Shown here one piece after another: positions 27,311 to 40,073 of a stretch of DNA of 64,000 nucleotides. The DNA comes from the human T2T-CHM13v2.0 reference genome, Homo sapiens: positions 36,320,001-36,384,000 of the forward strand of contig CP068257.2 of the NCBI GenBank assembly GCA_009914755.4. The letters run 5' to 3'. The position numbers and the translations under genes were made by a program. Position 1 is the first letter of the stretch. The number at the start of each line of letters is the position of its first letter. Under the pieces are notes generated by a model that saw nothing but the letters and a program-made list of their open reading frames with translations, was not told where the DNA came from and searched no databases.

Positions 27311-27688
27311 GGTTTTCTTTTTAAAGAGAATATCCTTGTTCTTAGGAAATATGGCTTGAAGTATTAAAAGGTAAAGAGGCATGATGTATGAAATTTACTC
27401 TCAAAACTTTCAGAGAAAACAAATTATGTGTGTGTGCATGTGTGTGTATACACAGTCATTTACCAATAGACTTTGAAGGAGAGAGAATATGAAAAATAAA
27501 TGTGGGCAAATATTAAATATTGATAAATCTGAGTAAAACCTACATGGGAATAGTTTGTATTATTTTTGCAACTTTTTTTGTAAGTTCAAAATTACTGTGA
27601 AGTAAAAAGCTTTTAAAAATTGAGGAAAGATGCTAAGTAGTGATGAGTGAATGATGACCGGAAGCTTAGAGACCTCAGGCTCTGATTA

Positions 27689-28034
<346 letters not shown>

Positions 28035-29709
28035 CTATGGGGATAAGCTAGGCCCAGAGATGCTCACATGTGGTTTAGGGGGACAAAGGAAACATGAGGA
28101 TATCCGTTTCTCTTTGGGTGCTGTGATTTGGACTATGCAGACTCCACTGGGGTGGCATGAGGAAGTATTGGTAAAATCTGGCTGTTCTTGAAATCGAGCT
28201 CCTTGGAAGATCGTGATAATCAAGTGAGAGATCACTGCCCCACCAAATTTGAGTACTTACAGTTGATCACACGAAATAAAAATGCCCAATTATGATTACT
28301 AAGGAAGAGATCCTATATTGCTGGAATTATTGTCTCCCCAGAGTCAAGCGCCAGTGCCAGGGTCAGAATGAGTACTGAACACCAGAAGACTTCCTATCCA
28401 AAGTATTTGCTGAGCTACTAGGCATCCAGGTGGTCAAGAGGACAATGAGCTAAACTGATAGTAGCAATCAAGCCTCTATCTGCTTACTATGACAGTGTGA
28501 GCAAGAGGCAGAAAAAGAAGTGCCAACCACCCCCCTCCCCGTGTTCCATTTCCCCCATGGAGCAGTGCCAGGTCAAGATCAGCATGGACCTGGGCAATAG
28601 GAAACTGCAGAGGAGTGCCAGTCTAAGGTCTACTGCCTCTTTATGGACACAGAGGCTGGGGAGAGAAGGGGGACAAGGATGTTCTTTAGCCATGGATCCT
28701 GATAAGGAGGTTATGGTAGAGGACCCTGGACTAGGAGTGCAGATATGTTCATGAGTTGGGCTGGCCAGGCAGGGCTCAAGTCCCTGACTGCAGCTCCCTC
28801 TGGGGACTGCAATACACTTGCTGTATACCAAGACTGCTGTGGGGAGGGCAACTTCCCTGGAGAGGCCTGCAAGGCAAAGCCTTGTCACTGCCTGTGGTCG
28901 GACCTGAAAGATCACACATGGGATTTGGGCCGGAGCTGGACTTCTTATGATTTTCGAGTAAGAAAACCTGGGCTGAGTTGGAGATTGCCCTCCTTCAGGT
29001 GCAGTGAGCTGAGCTTTCTTCTCGTAGGCACTTGCTTGGGATCTGGGACTGCTGTTGGAATTCTCCCAGCCAGATTTTCCCAGTCCATGAGATCAGTCTG
29101 CCCTTGCTGCCGGGGTGGGGTGGGGGTTGTCTGCAGGTGCCTTGTTAGCTGGTCAGCACGCTGCTGGCTGCGCGCTCCTCCTGGCTTCATTTTCCTCTTC
29201 TCCTGCTTTCAGCAGGACATAGCTGGTCGTGACACTTCAGGAAACCTGGCGTTTGTGTGCACTTCCTGAGCTGTTTAGCACCACTGCTCAGAACCCCTGG
29301 AGCTGGGACCACCACCTGCTCTTGTGGGTTCAAGCGCTCAGAGAGAGGGTTCTAAGGCTCTGGGCCAGTGCAGGTAGAAGGTGAAGATCCCAGCTTGGTA
29401 AAGCAGAGCGGCACATCCCGAGCATTTTCAAGATATATTTTAAATTCACTCCATCGCCTGTGAGCCAGTGAAGGAAAGGCAGACCCCAGCCGAGGGCAGA
29501 GGCAGAAACGTGATTTTAGAAATCATAAGGGTGGTGGGCAAGACCCACAAAAGGTCACAGGCCAATTACTGCTTTCGAGAGGAGGAAGGATGTCCTTGGG
29601 TAACTATTAAAATGCATGACACAATTAAAATATGGGGACACATGCGGCCTGTGTTAAAATTAGATTATCAATACTGCTTAGCAGCCTTGGAACCTCAGGC
29701 GAGGCACTG

Positions 29710-29810
29710 AAGCAGTTAGGGTTTCCTCTTCTGTAACTGAGTGATTTTAACTGTATCTCTCTCATAGGATTGTTGAGAGGATTAAAAGAGATGATGCTTA
29801 TAAAAACATG
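29710..29810 (+). mobile_element. MIR SINE fragment
   Basis: GTTTCCTCTTCTGTAACTGAGTGATTTTAACTGTATCTCTCTCATAGGATTGTTGAGAGGATTAAAAGAGATGATGCTTATAAAAACATG. Confidence 0.4.
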
Positions 29811-29886
29811 AGACTGCTTGGACCTATTCTGAATGCTTAATGAGATCTAGCTGTGAAAATATGTGTCTACATACATATTTAATAAG

Positions 29887-29896
29887 CACACGTGCG

Positions 29897-29940
<44 letters not shown>
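29887..29940. repeat. (CG)5(CA)18 compound microsatellite, an alternating purine-pyrimidine tract prone to Z-DNA
   Basis: CACGTGCGCGCGCGCGCACACACACA... Confidence 0.9.
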
Positions 29941-29942
<2 letters not shown>

Positions 29943-32900
29943 AATGCTGTACTCCGTCACGTGGTGACCAATGGAACAAACCCTCTCTGTCCCGGACCTC
30001 CACCGCCCACGGCAGCTGAACTGGGCCCGGGGTCTTGACTCCTCACAGGCTTCCCCTCTCACTGGCTTCTCTTCTTGCCGCTCTTCTTTTCTCTTTGTCT
30101 TCTTTGTAGGTTTCTCAAATATCCCTTTTTCTCTTTGGTCCTTTTCTTATGTTAACCTCTTGCCTCCTTGGTGTCTACATTTATTCATTTAAGAGTCTAA
30201 AACAAGGTAAGAAGAAAACTAGTTTGTAACCTGAAAGTTCTTCTTTACTGCTGGAAACACCTGCCCTTGTTCAAATACAGCAACAGGACTTGGTTCACAT
30301 GGAAGATAGGAGTTGGAAAAGGGTTTTCTAATTCACTCTTTGCTGGTGACTTGAGATCCCCACATCAATACACTGCTGAAAACAGAAGGAAGCATTAGCA
30401 GAAAGGGATGAGGGGTGCTGCTCTCCACCCAAGAGGATTCAGGCATGTTCCACAGCCCTCATCGGGATGCACAGGACTTGACACTGCACTGTCCACACCC
30501 CTGCCGCGGGAGGCTGAAGTGACTTCCTTCCACTCAGTTCCAGCGGGCTCTGCTCTAAGGCGTTTTCTCCAATCTCTCTTTCTGCACTGGGGATTTCTGA
30601 GCACAGAGAAAAGTTTCCACTCCTGGTAAATTTATGGAGAACTTGGTCCCATATGATAAGAAATGGAGCCTATTATAAGTTGATACTAACAAAAATGGGA
30701 GATTTTGTTGTTTCATAGGAAATGTTTGCAAGTCTAATGTCAGAATGTTCTGTGAGTGTTGCAATGTAGTAGAATAATGCACCCACATGCTTCTTGTTTT
30801 TTTTCCCTCATGACAAGTATGACATAAGATGCACTTAAATAAATCTGTGGATTTATTTGGAGAAAACATCCCACATGCTTGTTTATAAAAGCCATAAATA
30901 GGAAGACAGAATGCAGAAAGAAAGGAGACATGAAAGAAACCCTTATGACCCTTTGAATTCCAGTAACTCACTTCATGCATAAAAGGGAACTTATTTTTAT
31001 TATTTTCTTCTATTCTTCTTCTTTCATTATTCTGAAACATGGGTGACAAAGAGTCCAATTTGATGGAATTTACTATAGTATAGAAATTTAAAATCTCCTA
31101 AATATCTTTCTTCTCTTCCTATTTACTCAGTCACCACCACAGCTAAAGAGCTAATTTTGGAGTTGACTAAATATGACATTTAGTTCAAAATGATAACTTG
31201 GACATCCACAGTTCTTGTTGTTGCAGTATAACACCAAGTGCAGCACCTATTATTCACAGTACTGTGCAAGGAAACCAATTATTCTGCAGCATATAAACCC
31301 ATGTTCAATATCTTCATAGGAATGTCATTTCACATCTAGTGATTTTCCAATGCAGTCATGTTAACCTCAAAGGCTTATGTTTGGGAATGTGTTTGAGGCT
31401 TAGCAGCTATCATTTTCTTGAAAGTGCTGATTTTTTTTCCCATTGCCTTACTTAAAGTATGTTCCAGAGCCCTGCTCATAATTTTTGACTTCCTGAATGT
31501 CTTCTCTGAAACTGGCCTGTTCTTCCTCACACATTTACTGTGGACTGTGCACGGTAGCTGATCAATTAGGACTTTACTGAATGGCTGGGATGGGAATGTC
31601 CAGCACCCCATGTGCTAGGGTGACTTTCCAGACACTAAATATCTGCTCAGGAGCCAATCAGCTATAGCCAGAAGTTGGGAGGGCATCCTGCATCTCCCAG
31701 CTCTCCCCACCAATTCCTGTTGTCCTTAACATGGATGACACCTGAGTGTATTGGACATGGGACTGGGTGAGAAAAGGAGGTCAGATTTCAACTCAAGTCT
31801 AAATAGCTGGCCTGGAAGGAAGTATGACAACTCTGTGTTAACCTTTTTACATTTATATTTATTACTCAAAAAACTTATGAGTAAGTTTTTGTTATTACAA
31901 TAAGAAGACTTCAGACAAACCTGAGATGGAGAACCAGATAATACAGACAGCTGGAAGAACCAGGCAAGAGTCTGGGGCAGCTCACAGGAGGGATGATGCT
32001 ACCTCAACTCTGCAGCATCTGGGATCGCCAGCCAAAGGGTCGGGGAACTGCCAGGGAGAAGGTGTGAGTGATGAGGCCCTGGCGGTGAGCTCCAATTCCA
32101 GGGCTGGGGTGGTCCATTGTAGGTGGCTCCTAGGATGGGCTAGGGGCTGCTTCCAACAGTGCCCTTGACCAGTGCAAGTGTAGGTGGTAAAATCAGCAGC
32201 CAATTGGTTCACCCAAGGAGCAGCTAGGATTCCAAGGTTGTGCATACACCCTCAGTGGGTGGTGGGCGTAGAACTTCCCAGGCCTTCTCTGCACCTCTAA
32301 CAGTTATGCTATCAATACTATTTGAAGAGGATGACCCAACTCCTTTCTGATCAAGATAAATATTTCTAAATATTGTGTTTGTGTAAGTGTTTTTTAATTT
32401 CTGCCTTGTCTAGGGAAGGGATGATGTGCTTGTAGCATGACATCCCCATTCTTCCAGTCAACTGAACGGCATCAATAAGTGGTGATGTCACTCTAACTGA
32501 GCCTTAGAGTCCTTCTCAGCATAAAGCTGGGCAGTCCCTTCCTGTTGATTGTAATAAAACCCACTTGCTACCTCTTGGCCTAGAGAATGTAATGATATGA
32601 TTTGAATAGCTAGATACTGACCTTTCCAAAACGTTGGCTTACAACAGCTTCTTGGATTGTAGTATTTTAACAGTAACTTGTCGGTAGATATTTTGTCACT
32701 GATGTGGGCATAGTTTGTTGCAGCCTACTATGCTACTATTACTGCTTGTATTTTTTCTCAGCACACACTTTGTTTCCATAGCAGTTCTCATTTTCCACGT
32801 GACAAAGGCCATGGAGCTGGCCGTGTGTGTACAACACAGGTCAGAGAGCTCCCGTTTTGCTTCTGTGAGTGTAGATGGGATGGCCCACTTCATCCTGAGG

Positions 32901-33062
32901 CCTTTCTCCAGTGTTGTGCTGTGAGACCCAGTGGGTCCTCTTGCCTTCAATGTCTTTGTCCTTGCACTCAAGCAGAGAAGAGTTAAAATAAAACTATAAT
33001 GCCTATTAAGAATCAGCATTCCTATTTTGGTCATTCTGCTAACCGCTTGACACCCATCCTCC

Positions 33063-33215
33063 CATTTATTCTTCACAGTAACCTTGCCAGATAGGTAGTA
33101 GTAACATCTTCACTTAACAGATGGAGAAACTGAGGCTTAGAGAGGTTAAACAATATTCCCAGAGTTACACAATAGAGAGCAGAGGCAGGGCTGGAATCTA
33201 GATCCATTTGATTTC
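33063..33215 (-). mobile_element. MIR SINE
   Basis: CAGATGGAGAAACTGAGGCTTAGAGAGGTTAAACAATATTCCCAGAGTTACACAATAGAGAGCAGAGGCAGGGCTGGAATCTAGATC is the antisense of the MIR core. Confidence 0.6.
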
Positions 33216-33443
33216 AATATCCATAATTGTACCACGTTCTTAGGCCCAGGGTTTTTGAAAAGCCCATCTTGGGCTCTGAGAGGAGAATAAGTAATGCCAT
33301 AGTTTGTGTGATGAATCCATTAGGGAACCTGCTCTCCATGAGTTTTCCTGGGACTCCCAGAAGCAAGGTGGCCCAAGGATGGTCCAGGGCATCACCTATT
33401 GGCTGGGCTAGAACTCATACAAACAGACTCAACCAGAACTAGA

Positions 33444-33742
33444 GGGTGGTGAGTTTTGTGTGATAGAGGCGTAGAATGCAGCAGACACTGAGCATTGGAA
33501 ACTTCTGGCTGCTGGCCTGTGTGATGCATGCTTACTTTGCTTTTTTTTTTTTTTTTTTAATGACAAAGGAACATGCTTTTGTTTGTTTTAGGAGAAGAGG
33601 GATTGAAGGAACCAAGGGTAGCTGTGGAGGAAATTAAGAAACTTGAGGCTAGATGGAGCCTCGGCTGGGTTTTGGAGTTCAAGAGGTTAACAGGACTGAG
33701 TTTAGGTAAATTTGTCCTCTCCATTTTGCTTGAAATATTGTG

Positions 33743-33794
<52 letters not shown>

Positions 33795-33840
33795 TGTGTG
33801 TGAATGTTAGAAAAATAAATGTAAAGTTACCAGTGTTAAT
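33444..33840 (+). repeat. Copy B of the ~365-bp dispersed duplicated segment; contains (GT)n at 33741-33802 and a T18 run at 33541-33558
   Basis: It aligns colinearly with 13075-13440 in the same orientation. Confidence 0.6.
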
Positions 33841-36279
33841 GTTCATAATAAAAGTTAATAACTGTGAGGCTTTAATGGTCCAGGCTCACTTTTATTATTA
33901 ACATCAATTTAACACTCTCAGAGAAGTTATTAGACTCTAACCTCCCCTGTCATTGCTCTCGAAATAGGAATAAATGCCATTTTCCTCTGGTTGTTAATTC
34001 AGCTTTTAGAAACAGAACATCGGCAAGAGCCTGCCTGTAAACAATCCCAAATATATGTGATCACTGCCTCAGCTAGAAAAAAATAAATATTAATGAGACC
34101 ATGTCCTGGCCAGTGGTACAAATGCCACGGGCTTCAGGCAGAATTACTATGAATGATCTGAATCATAAGCTTGTGTTGGAAACAAATAATTTTACTCCAA
34201 ACCTCATCATAGAGATTGCGAGGAGCATTCTTCATTTTCTTTTGCACGTGTTGACAGCCTGATTAAGAGCTTTGGGCACTTGCCATAGTTCCCCATTTGA
34301 GAGTGATCCGTGCCTGTCTCCTGGGGTGTTTCCTTGGTCTGGCAGCATGGGGTTGCTATGTCCCTGGGACTGGCAGAACTCTCAGGGAAAAGCAACTTTT
34401 AAACCATCCAGATTTTGCTATCACCCCTGAGCTTTGGAAAAGTCTTTCAGTGTGAGCTGGACTGGGAACCTCTTTCATCCTCACCCCATCACCCCATGGT
34501 ACCCGGGAATATCTGCTAATGTGTAGTTTGGTGACCTCAGACTAGTATACTAGGTGCTGGTCAAAAATGAGGAGTGGCATGCTTCTTCTGGGCTATGCCC
34601 GATTACTTTTAAGCTTAATCTGTTGAAAACACTGGTAGAATTTCTAGGATACCAAGATTCTTGGCAAGCTTGGGAATGTTTTCTTGCTGCCTCTTACTCC
34701 TCTACTCCAAATAGTATTACTCGAGCAGATGTGGCAACATTAATTTGAGGCCCCTACTTGAGTGCTTTACTTTTCAGGTGTGATAGGATATGAGTAGCCT
34801 TCCTATAGTTTGGAGTGGTGGATGTAGATGGTTTTGCCCAGTAGTGGGTGTTGCTTCAAATGGGAAGTGTCCTGATTCTGGTTTTACTTCCTTGGGGCTA
34901 AGGTGTTAAACTCGATCTCATAGTTCCATTTCATCCCTTGAGAAGGCTCACTGCAGAGCCTTCTCTGTCCTACGAGATGCTCTGTAGTATTAAAGAAAAA
35001 CCTCAGCACCTTTGCCTTAAGCATCATTGAAATGTTACATGCTTTTCGTGTATCAGAGCATGTAAATTACCTTCCAGGGAAAGGACTCATATCTCAGGGT
35101 CACTTCAGTACAACAGTGACAATTTGCTGATTACAGCAGTTTCCCCGAAGAAAGAGGGAAGCCATCACTATTTGTGTAGCAAAGATTAGAAAGCTTGAGA
35201 ATCATAAAGGCAATTCGGCCCAGGATCTCCTGGCATGCCATGTCAGCTTATTTATTAGTCAGGGTCCTCCGGGAAGCATGTGTTGAGATGGGATTAAACT
35301 TGCCTGCATTTTGTTAGGAGAAACTATCACATGAGGGAAGATAAAGAGGGAACCAGGGAAGGCCGGGAGGGCCATTAAGCCTTGATGCAAATCTGACTCC
35401 ATGTCAAGAGAGAAGGAGGGGAGGCTGAGAGAAGGCACGTTGGACTGCCTGCTGCAGTCTCTGGAGGGTCCGCAGGGTGTTGGGGGCCCCTGTGTCTGCC
35501 TTAGTGACCTAAAACAGTCATTCGCTGGGAGCAGCCCTGGGGATGCAAGTCCTCCTGCAAATGCAGCTATGATGGATTTCAAAGCACCACATCTTGAGCC
35601 CTCAGTGGGTGGTGTTCTCTGTAGTTGGAGTCTGCCAGGTGTGTTCCAGAGGCTGCCACAGTGCACTTTTCTTAAACTAGAGAATGTTCCTCCATTAAAT
35701 ACCTGCTTTGTGCCAGACAATGGCTATATTCTGGCATCACGGAGGGCGGCCAGAGGGAAATGAGAGGAGACCCTGTGCTCTGCAATGCAGAGGCGTCTCC
35801 CTGAGCAGCCTCCCTCTATGGACGGGCATTTCACAGACTTCTCCACCAGGAAGCAGCAGGGTGATAGTGCCCAGGTCCACAGGCCACAAAGCCCATTGGT
35901 ATTGTCAGGTCCTGTGCTTCACTGCATATGGGTCAAGACCACAGATGGTGGCGGCTACCTCCAGCTCCCATCACTCAGGACATGGCAGGCCCTTGCCCTT
36001 TCCCCTCCACAGCGTCGTTCTCATCTTCCTTTGACAAGGCACCTGCAGGTATTCTCTCTCCTGTTCCCCTGCCAAGCTTGCAACAGGCGGGGATGGACTC
36101 TCACACCTCTGTGTAGTGAAAATGAGAATTCCCATTTGTCATTCTGATTTTGTCCAATGGCCTTTCTAGTGTCTCCTGGTCTCTCCTCTGCTTAGTGAGG
36201 GGTCCTCATGCTTCTTGAGAGATGGCAGCTAATGTGGGTGCCCGAGTCAGGCTGCTAACTGTTGGCTGCATGATTTATT

Positions 36280-36435
36280 TGGGGTAAGTTATCTAAGTTC
36301 TCTGTGCCTCAATCCCTTATTTGTAAGAAAGATAACAATGTCTGTTGCTAACACTTACGACTGTTTTGAGGATTAAATGTGATAATACAAGCAAGCTTTT
36401 AGCATAGTGCTCAATAAATAGCAGTTATTATTAGA
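36280..36435 (+). mobile_element. MIR SINE (3' half)
   Basis: ...CTCTGTGCCTCAATCCCTTATTTGTAAGAAAGATAACAATG...TTTTGAGGATTAAATGTGATAATACAAGCAAGCTTTTAGCATAGTGCTCAATAAATAGCAGTTATTATT. Confidence 0.55.
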
Positions 36436-36847
36436 TTGAACCCCACAGAATTACCATTTTTCTAAGTCAAGAAATTTAAATTTTGGCAGTTTCATGAGGT
36501 TTAACCAAAAACTATGGGTGGGCAAAACTTTTTGGTTTGGAAACCTCCTTACCCTCTGTGGGGTACTTGGTAGAGCAGCTGGGGTGAGCCACTTTTGCCT
36601 TCCTATCAGGACCTGGCACGTCACCCTCCCAAACTGGAAGAGAAGGCAGGTAGCTATTAGGTGGGAACAAAGACGTTGGTTCCATCACACCTGTGTTCAC
36701 CTCTTCTTCATACCAATCAGTGTTCACAAGGGTGACCTTGGCCTGAAGACAGCCTCCTTGAGTGTGTGCTCGACCCATGAGAGGAGAAGGCCCTCTCCCT
36801 ATTCACAGACCAAAATAAGCCACATCAGGATGGCTACTTCCATGTTA

Positions 36848-38313
36848 GAAATCACCATTGATCCATGTATTTGTCTGGGTTCTCCAGAGAAAAATAATCA
36901 ATAGGATATATATATACACACACACATATAAAGAGACACATGCACACATATATGTATATACACACACACACACAAACACACATACAAAGAGAACGCGAGA
37001 AAGAAAGATATTTATACAGAGGCATTGACTCACGTGATTGTGGAGGCTGAGACATTTTGTAATCTGCCCTCCGCAGGCCAGAGGCCCAGGGAGGCCAGTG
37101 ATGTAAGTTCCAATCCAAGCCCAAAGGCCTGAGAACCAGGGAGCCAGTGCTGTGATTCCCACCAATCAGGTCTGAAAACTAGAAAGGTCAATGGTGCAAG
37201 ACCTGGTCTGGGTCTGAGGGCAGGGGACTTATGTCCTAGCTCAAGCAGTTAGACAGAGAAAGGGAGAGAGAGAATCCCCCTTTCCTCCACTTTTTTGTGC
37301 TATCCAGGCCTGCAGCAGATGGGATAATGCTGACCCACATTGAAGAGGGCCATCTGCTTCACTCAGCTCATGAATTCAAATGCTAATTTCTTCCAGAGAC
37401 ACCCTCACAGACACACCTAGAAATAATGTTTAGCCAGATATCTGGGCATCTCGTGACCCAGTCAAATTGATATATAACTAACCACCACAGTCCAGGTAGA
37501 CTTACCTAAGGTGAGTTTGATTTAGTTAAGAGCCTATCTTTGTGCCTTCTGGGAGACCATGGGAACCCTTCAACGCCGGCTATGGAGAGAGGTGCTCCTT
37601 CTGCTACCAGGCTCAGGTAGGTACAGCGCAGGCCCTACAAAGTGAGGGAGGAGCGGTCCTGAAACGGTGGCCTGAGATCCCCATTCTCACCTCTGCTGAG
37701 TTGCCTCATGTCACAGGTACTCCTCGAGGTCAAGACATTTACCACCCACAGCCACTGTTAAACCACTAATATGCGGTGATTCATGTTTTTACGTAGGTGA
37801 CAGTTTAGTGTTATGGGGAAAAGCATTGGATTTGGAGTGTGGAATTAGTCATTCCTGACCTGGCTGGGTGGCTGTGTGTAAGCATTTTCTCTCCCTGGAG
37901 CCTCATCCATAGCATGAGGGTTTTGCAGCAAAGTTAAGATGGCAAGTACGTCTTCTCTCCCAAACCATCCCTGACCAGTAAACATCAACTCCCTGGAGAC
38001 TGGAAGGCCCTGGACAGCACCATCTTCTCCAGAAAAGCCAGTGATGTAGGTACCAATCCAAGCTCAAAGACTTAAGAACCAGGGAGCCAGTGCTGTAATT
38101 CCCAGCATAGGAGGCCCAGAACCAGAAAGGTCAGTGGTGCAAGTCCCGGTCTGGGTCTGAGGGCAGGAGATGTATGTCCTAGCTCAAGCAGTTAGGCAGA
38201 GAAAGAGAGAATCCCCCTTTCCTCCACTTTTTTGTGCCGTTCATGCCTGCAGGAGGTGGGATGAGAAGTACACCTTTTCTCCCAAACCATCTCTGACCAA
38301 TGAGCATCAACTC
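36848..38313 (+). mobile_element. Ancient interspersed repeat of uncertain family (possibly ERV-related) with a locally duplicated ~230-bp sub-unit; its internal (TA/CA)n has expanded at 36905-36995
   Basis: TTTGTCTGGGTTCTCCAGAGAAAAATAATCAATAGGATATATATA...GACTCACGTGATTGTGGAGGCTGAGAC...CCAGTGATGTAAGTTCCAATCCAAGCCCAAAGGCCTGAGAACCAGGGAGCCAGTGCTGTGATTCCC matches a common mammalian repeat consensus from memory. The sub-unit 37085-37325 recurs at 38037-38270. Confidence 0.35.
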
Positions 38314-38676
38314 TGATATTGTTTGGCTGTGTCCCCACCAAAATCTCATCTTGAATTGTAGCCTCCATAATTCCTACATGTGATGGGAGGGACATGATGG
38401 GAGGTAATTAAATCCTGGGGCCCGGTCTTTCCATGCTGTTCTCATAAGAGTGAATAAGTCTCATGTGATATGACGGTTTTATAAAGGGGAGTTCCCCTGC
38501 ACATTCCCCCTTGCCTGCCGTCATGTAAGACATCCTTTTGCTCTTCCTTCATCTTCCACCACGGTTGTGAGGCCTCCCCAGCCATGTGGAACTGTGAGTC
38601 CGTTAAACCTCTTTCCTTTATAAATTACTCAGTCTCAGGTATGGCTTTATTAGCAGCATGAGAACAGACCAATACA
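38314..38676 (+). mobile_element. THE1-type (ERVL-MaLR) solo LTR
   Basis: The LTR runs from TGATATTGTTTGGCTGTGTCCCCACCAAAATCTCATCTTGAATTGTAGCC to ...TTTATAAATTACTCAGTCTCAGGTATGGCTTTATTAGCAGCATGAGAACAGACCAATACA. A 5-bp TSD, AACTC, lies at 38309-38313 and 38677-38681. Confidence 0.75.
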
Positions 38677-39390
38677 AACTCCTTGGAGACTGGGAGGGTC
38701 TGCACAGCACCATCCTAGTGCACAGGTTCTACCCAGGACACTGACAAATCCTAAGAGGAGGGAAAAAACAAGGCCCTTGGGACACAGCTTTAAAAAAAAG
38801 AGTCCTATTTTCTGTCATTGCCAAAGGAAAAGGGGCTCTCTGCAGCAGGAGATAGAGCCTTCCCCCTCTCATTCCCTTCACCATTCTGTTCCCTTGAGCC
38901 ATGAAGCAAAACCACCTGTAGCCAACATTGAAGCCACTGCTCCATCTACACTTTCATCACTTTCATATATTGTCCCCTGTCTTTGTCATTCCACCTCTCT
39001 CCCTCACTGCTATTGCCTCCTTCATGTTACTTACTCCTGATTTTCCTTCAACGTTCCTGACCATTTCTAGTCACTTTCTTTTGGCTTCTTTATCTCTAAT
39101 TACTCCTATATCTCCCAGGCTGAATTTTACACAGAGGACAATTACATACTTCCAGAATTACTCTCATCAGTGTCCTCCCATTCATGAACAGAGCATATGG
39201 CCATTATTACTACCCCATGAGGTTCAGCTGTTAGTTAGCAGTTATGTAAAAAAATTAAAGAGTTGCACTGGAGTAATGTCAGTTGAGTTCACCCTTTCTT
39301 TCACTTTTCATTGTGTCATGGAATTGGAAGTAACTTTGAAGTTTATCTGGTCCAATTCCTGTCATTAAGTTGAAACTTAAGGAGTCTGGT

Positions 39391-39523
39391 GGCTGGGCAT
39401 GGTGGCAGGTACCTATAATCCTGCATTTTGGTAAGCTGAGGTGGGAGGATCACTTGATGTTAGGAGTTTGAGACCAGCCTGGGCAACATAGCAAGACCCT
39501 GACTCTACAGGAAAAAAAAAAAA
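39391..39523 (+). mobile_element. Alu-derived monomer-like element (FLAM-like or internally deleted Alu), about 133 bp, with an A-tail
   Basis: It runs from GGCTGGGCATGGTGGCAGGTACCTATAATCCTGC to ...GAGACCAGCCTGGGCAACATAGCAAGACCCTGACTCTACAGGAAAAAAAAAAAA. The TSD GAGTCT(G/A)GT flanks it. Confidence 0.7.
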
Positions 39524-39754
39524 GAGTCTAGTGATTTGTCAAAGGTCCATCTGCTTATTTAGTGGTTGAGATAGGATTATTTAACCTAAGTTTAAACTCC
39601 CAGCTAATTTTTTTTCTATTTTAATTCCAAAACCAATATCCAATATGAAATCACATCATGGACATCTCAAAACAAACTTTCCTTTAGTTTTCAGGGGTAA
39701 TTTCACTGGGAAACATAAATTACACGTGGAGCAGGCAGCCTTGTTTGTGAATTA

Positions 39755-40073
<319 letters not shown>

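Noticed and set aside
28745-29269. The largest ORF in the track, 174 aa on the + strand, as a possible CDS
   Set aside because: The translation is low-complexity and rich in Cys, Trp, Arg and Gly. It lies in a GC-rich stretch where long ORFs arise by chance. It overlaps the ORFs 28487-28915(-), 28756-28950(+) and 28945-29190(-). It has no recognisable motif and no Kozak or splice context, so I treat it as noncoding.
29887-30075. Possible CpG island at the E-box/CCAAT region
   Set aside because: There are only about 8-10 CpGs over 200 bp and GC is not sustained. It does not meet the usual CpG-island criteria, so I kept it only as a low-interest regulatory candidate.
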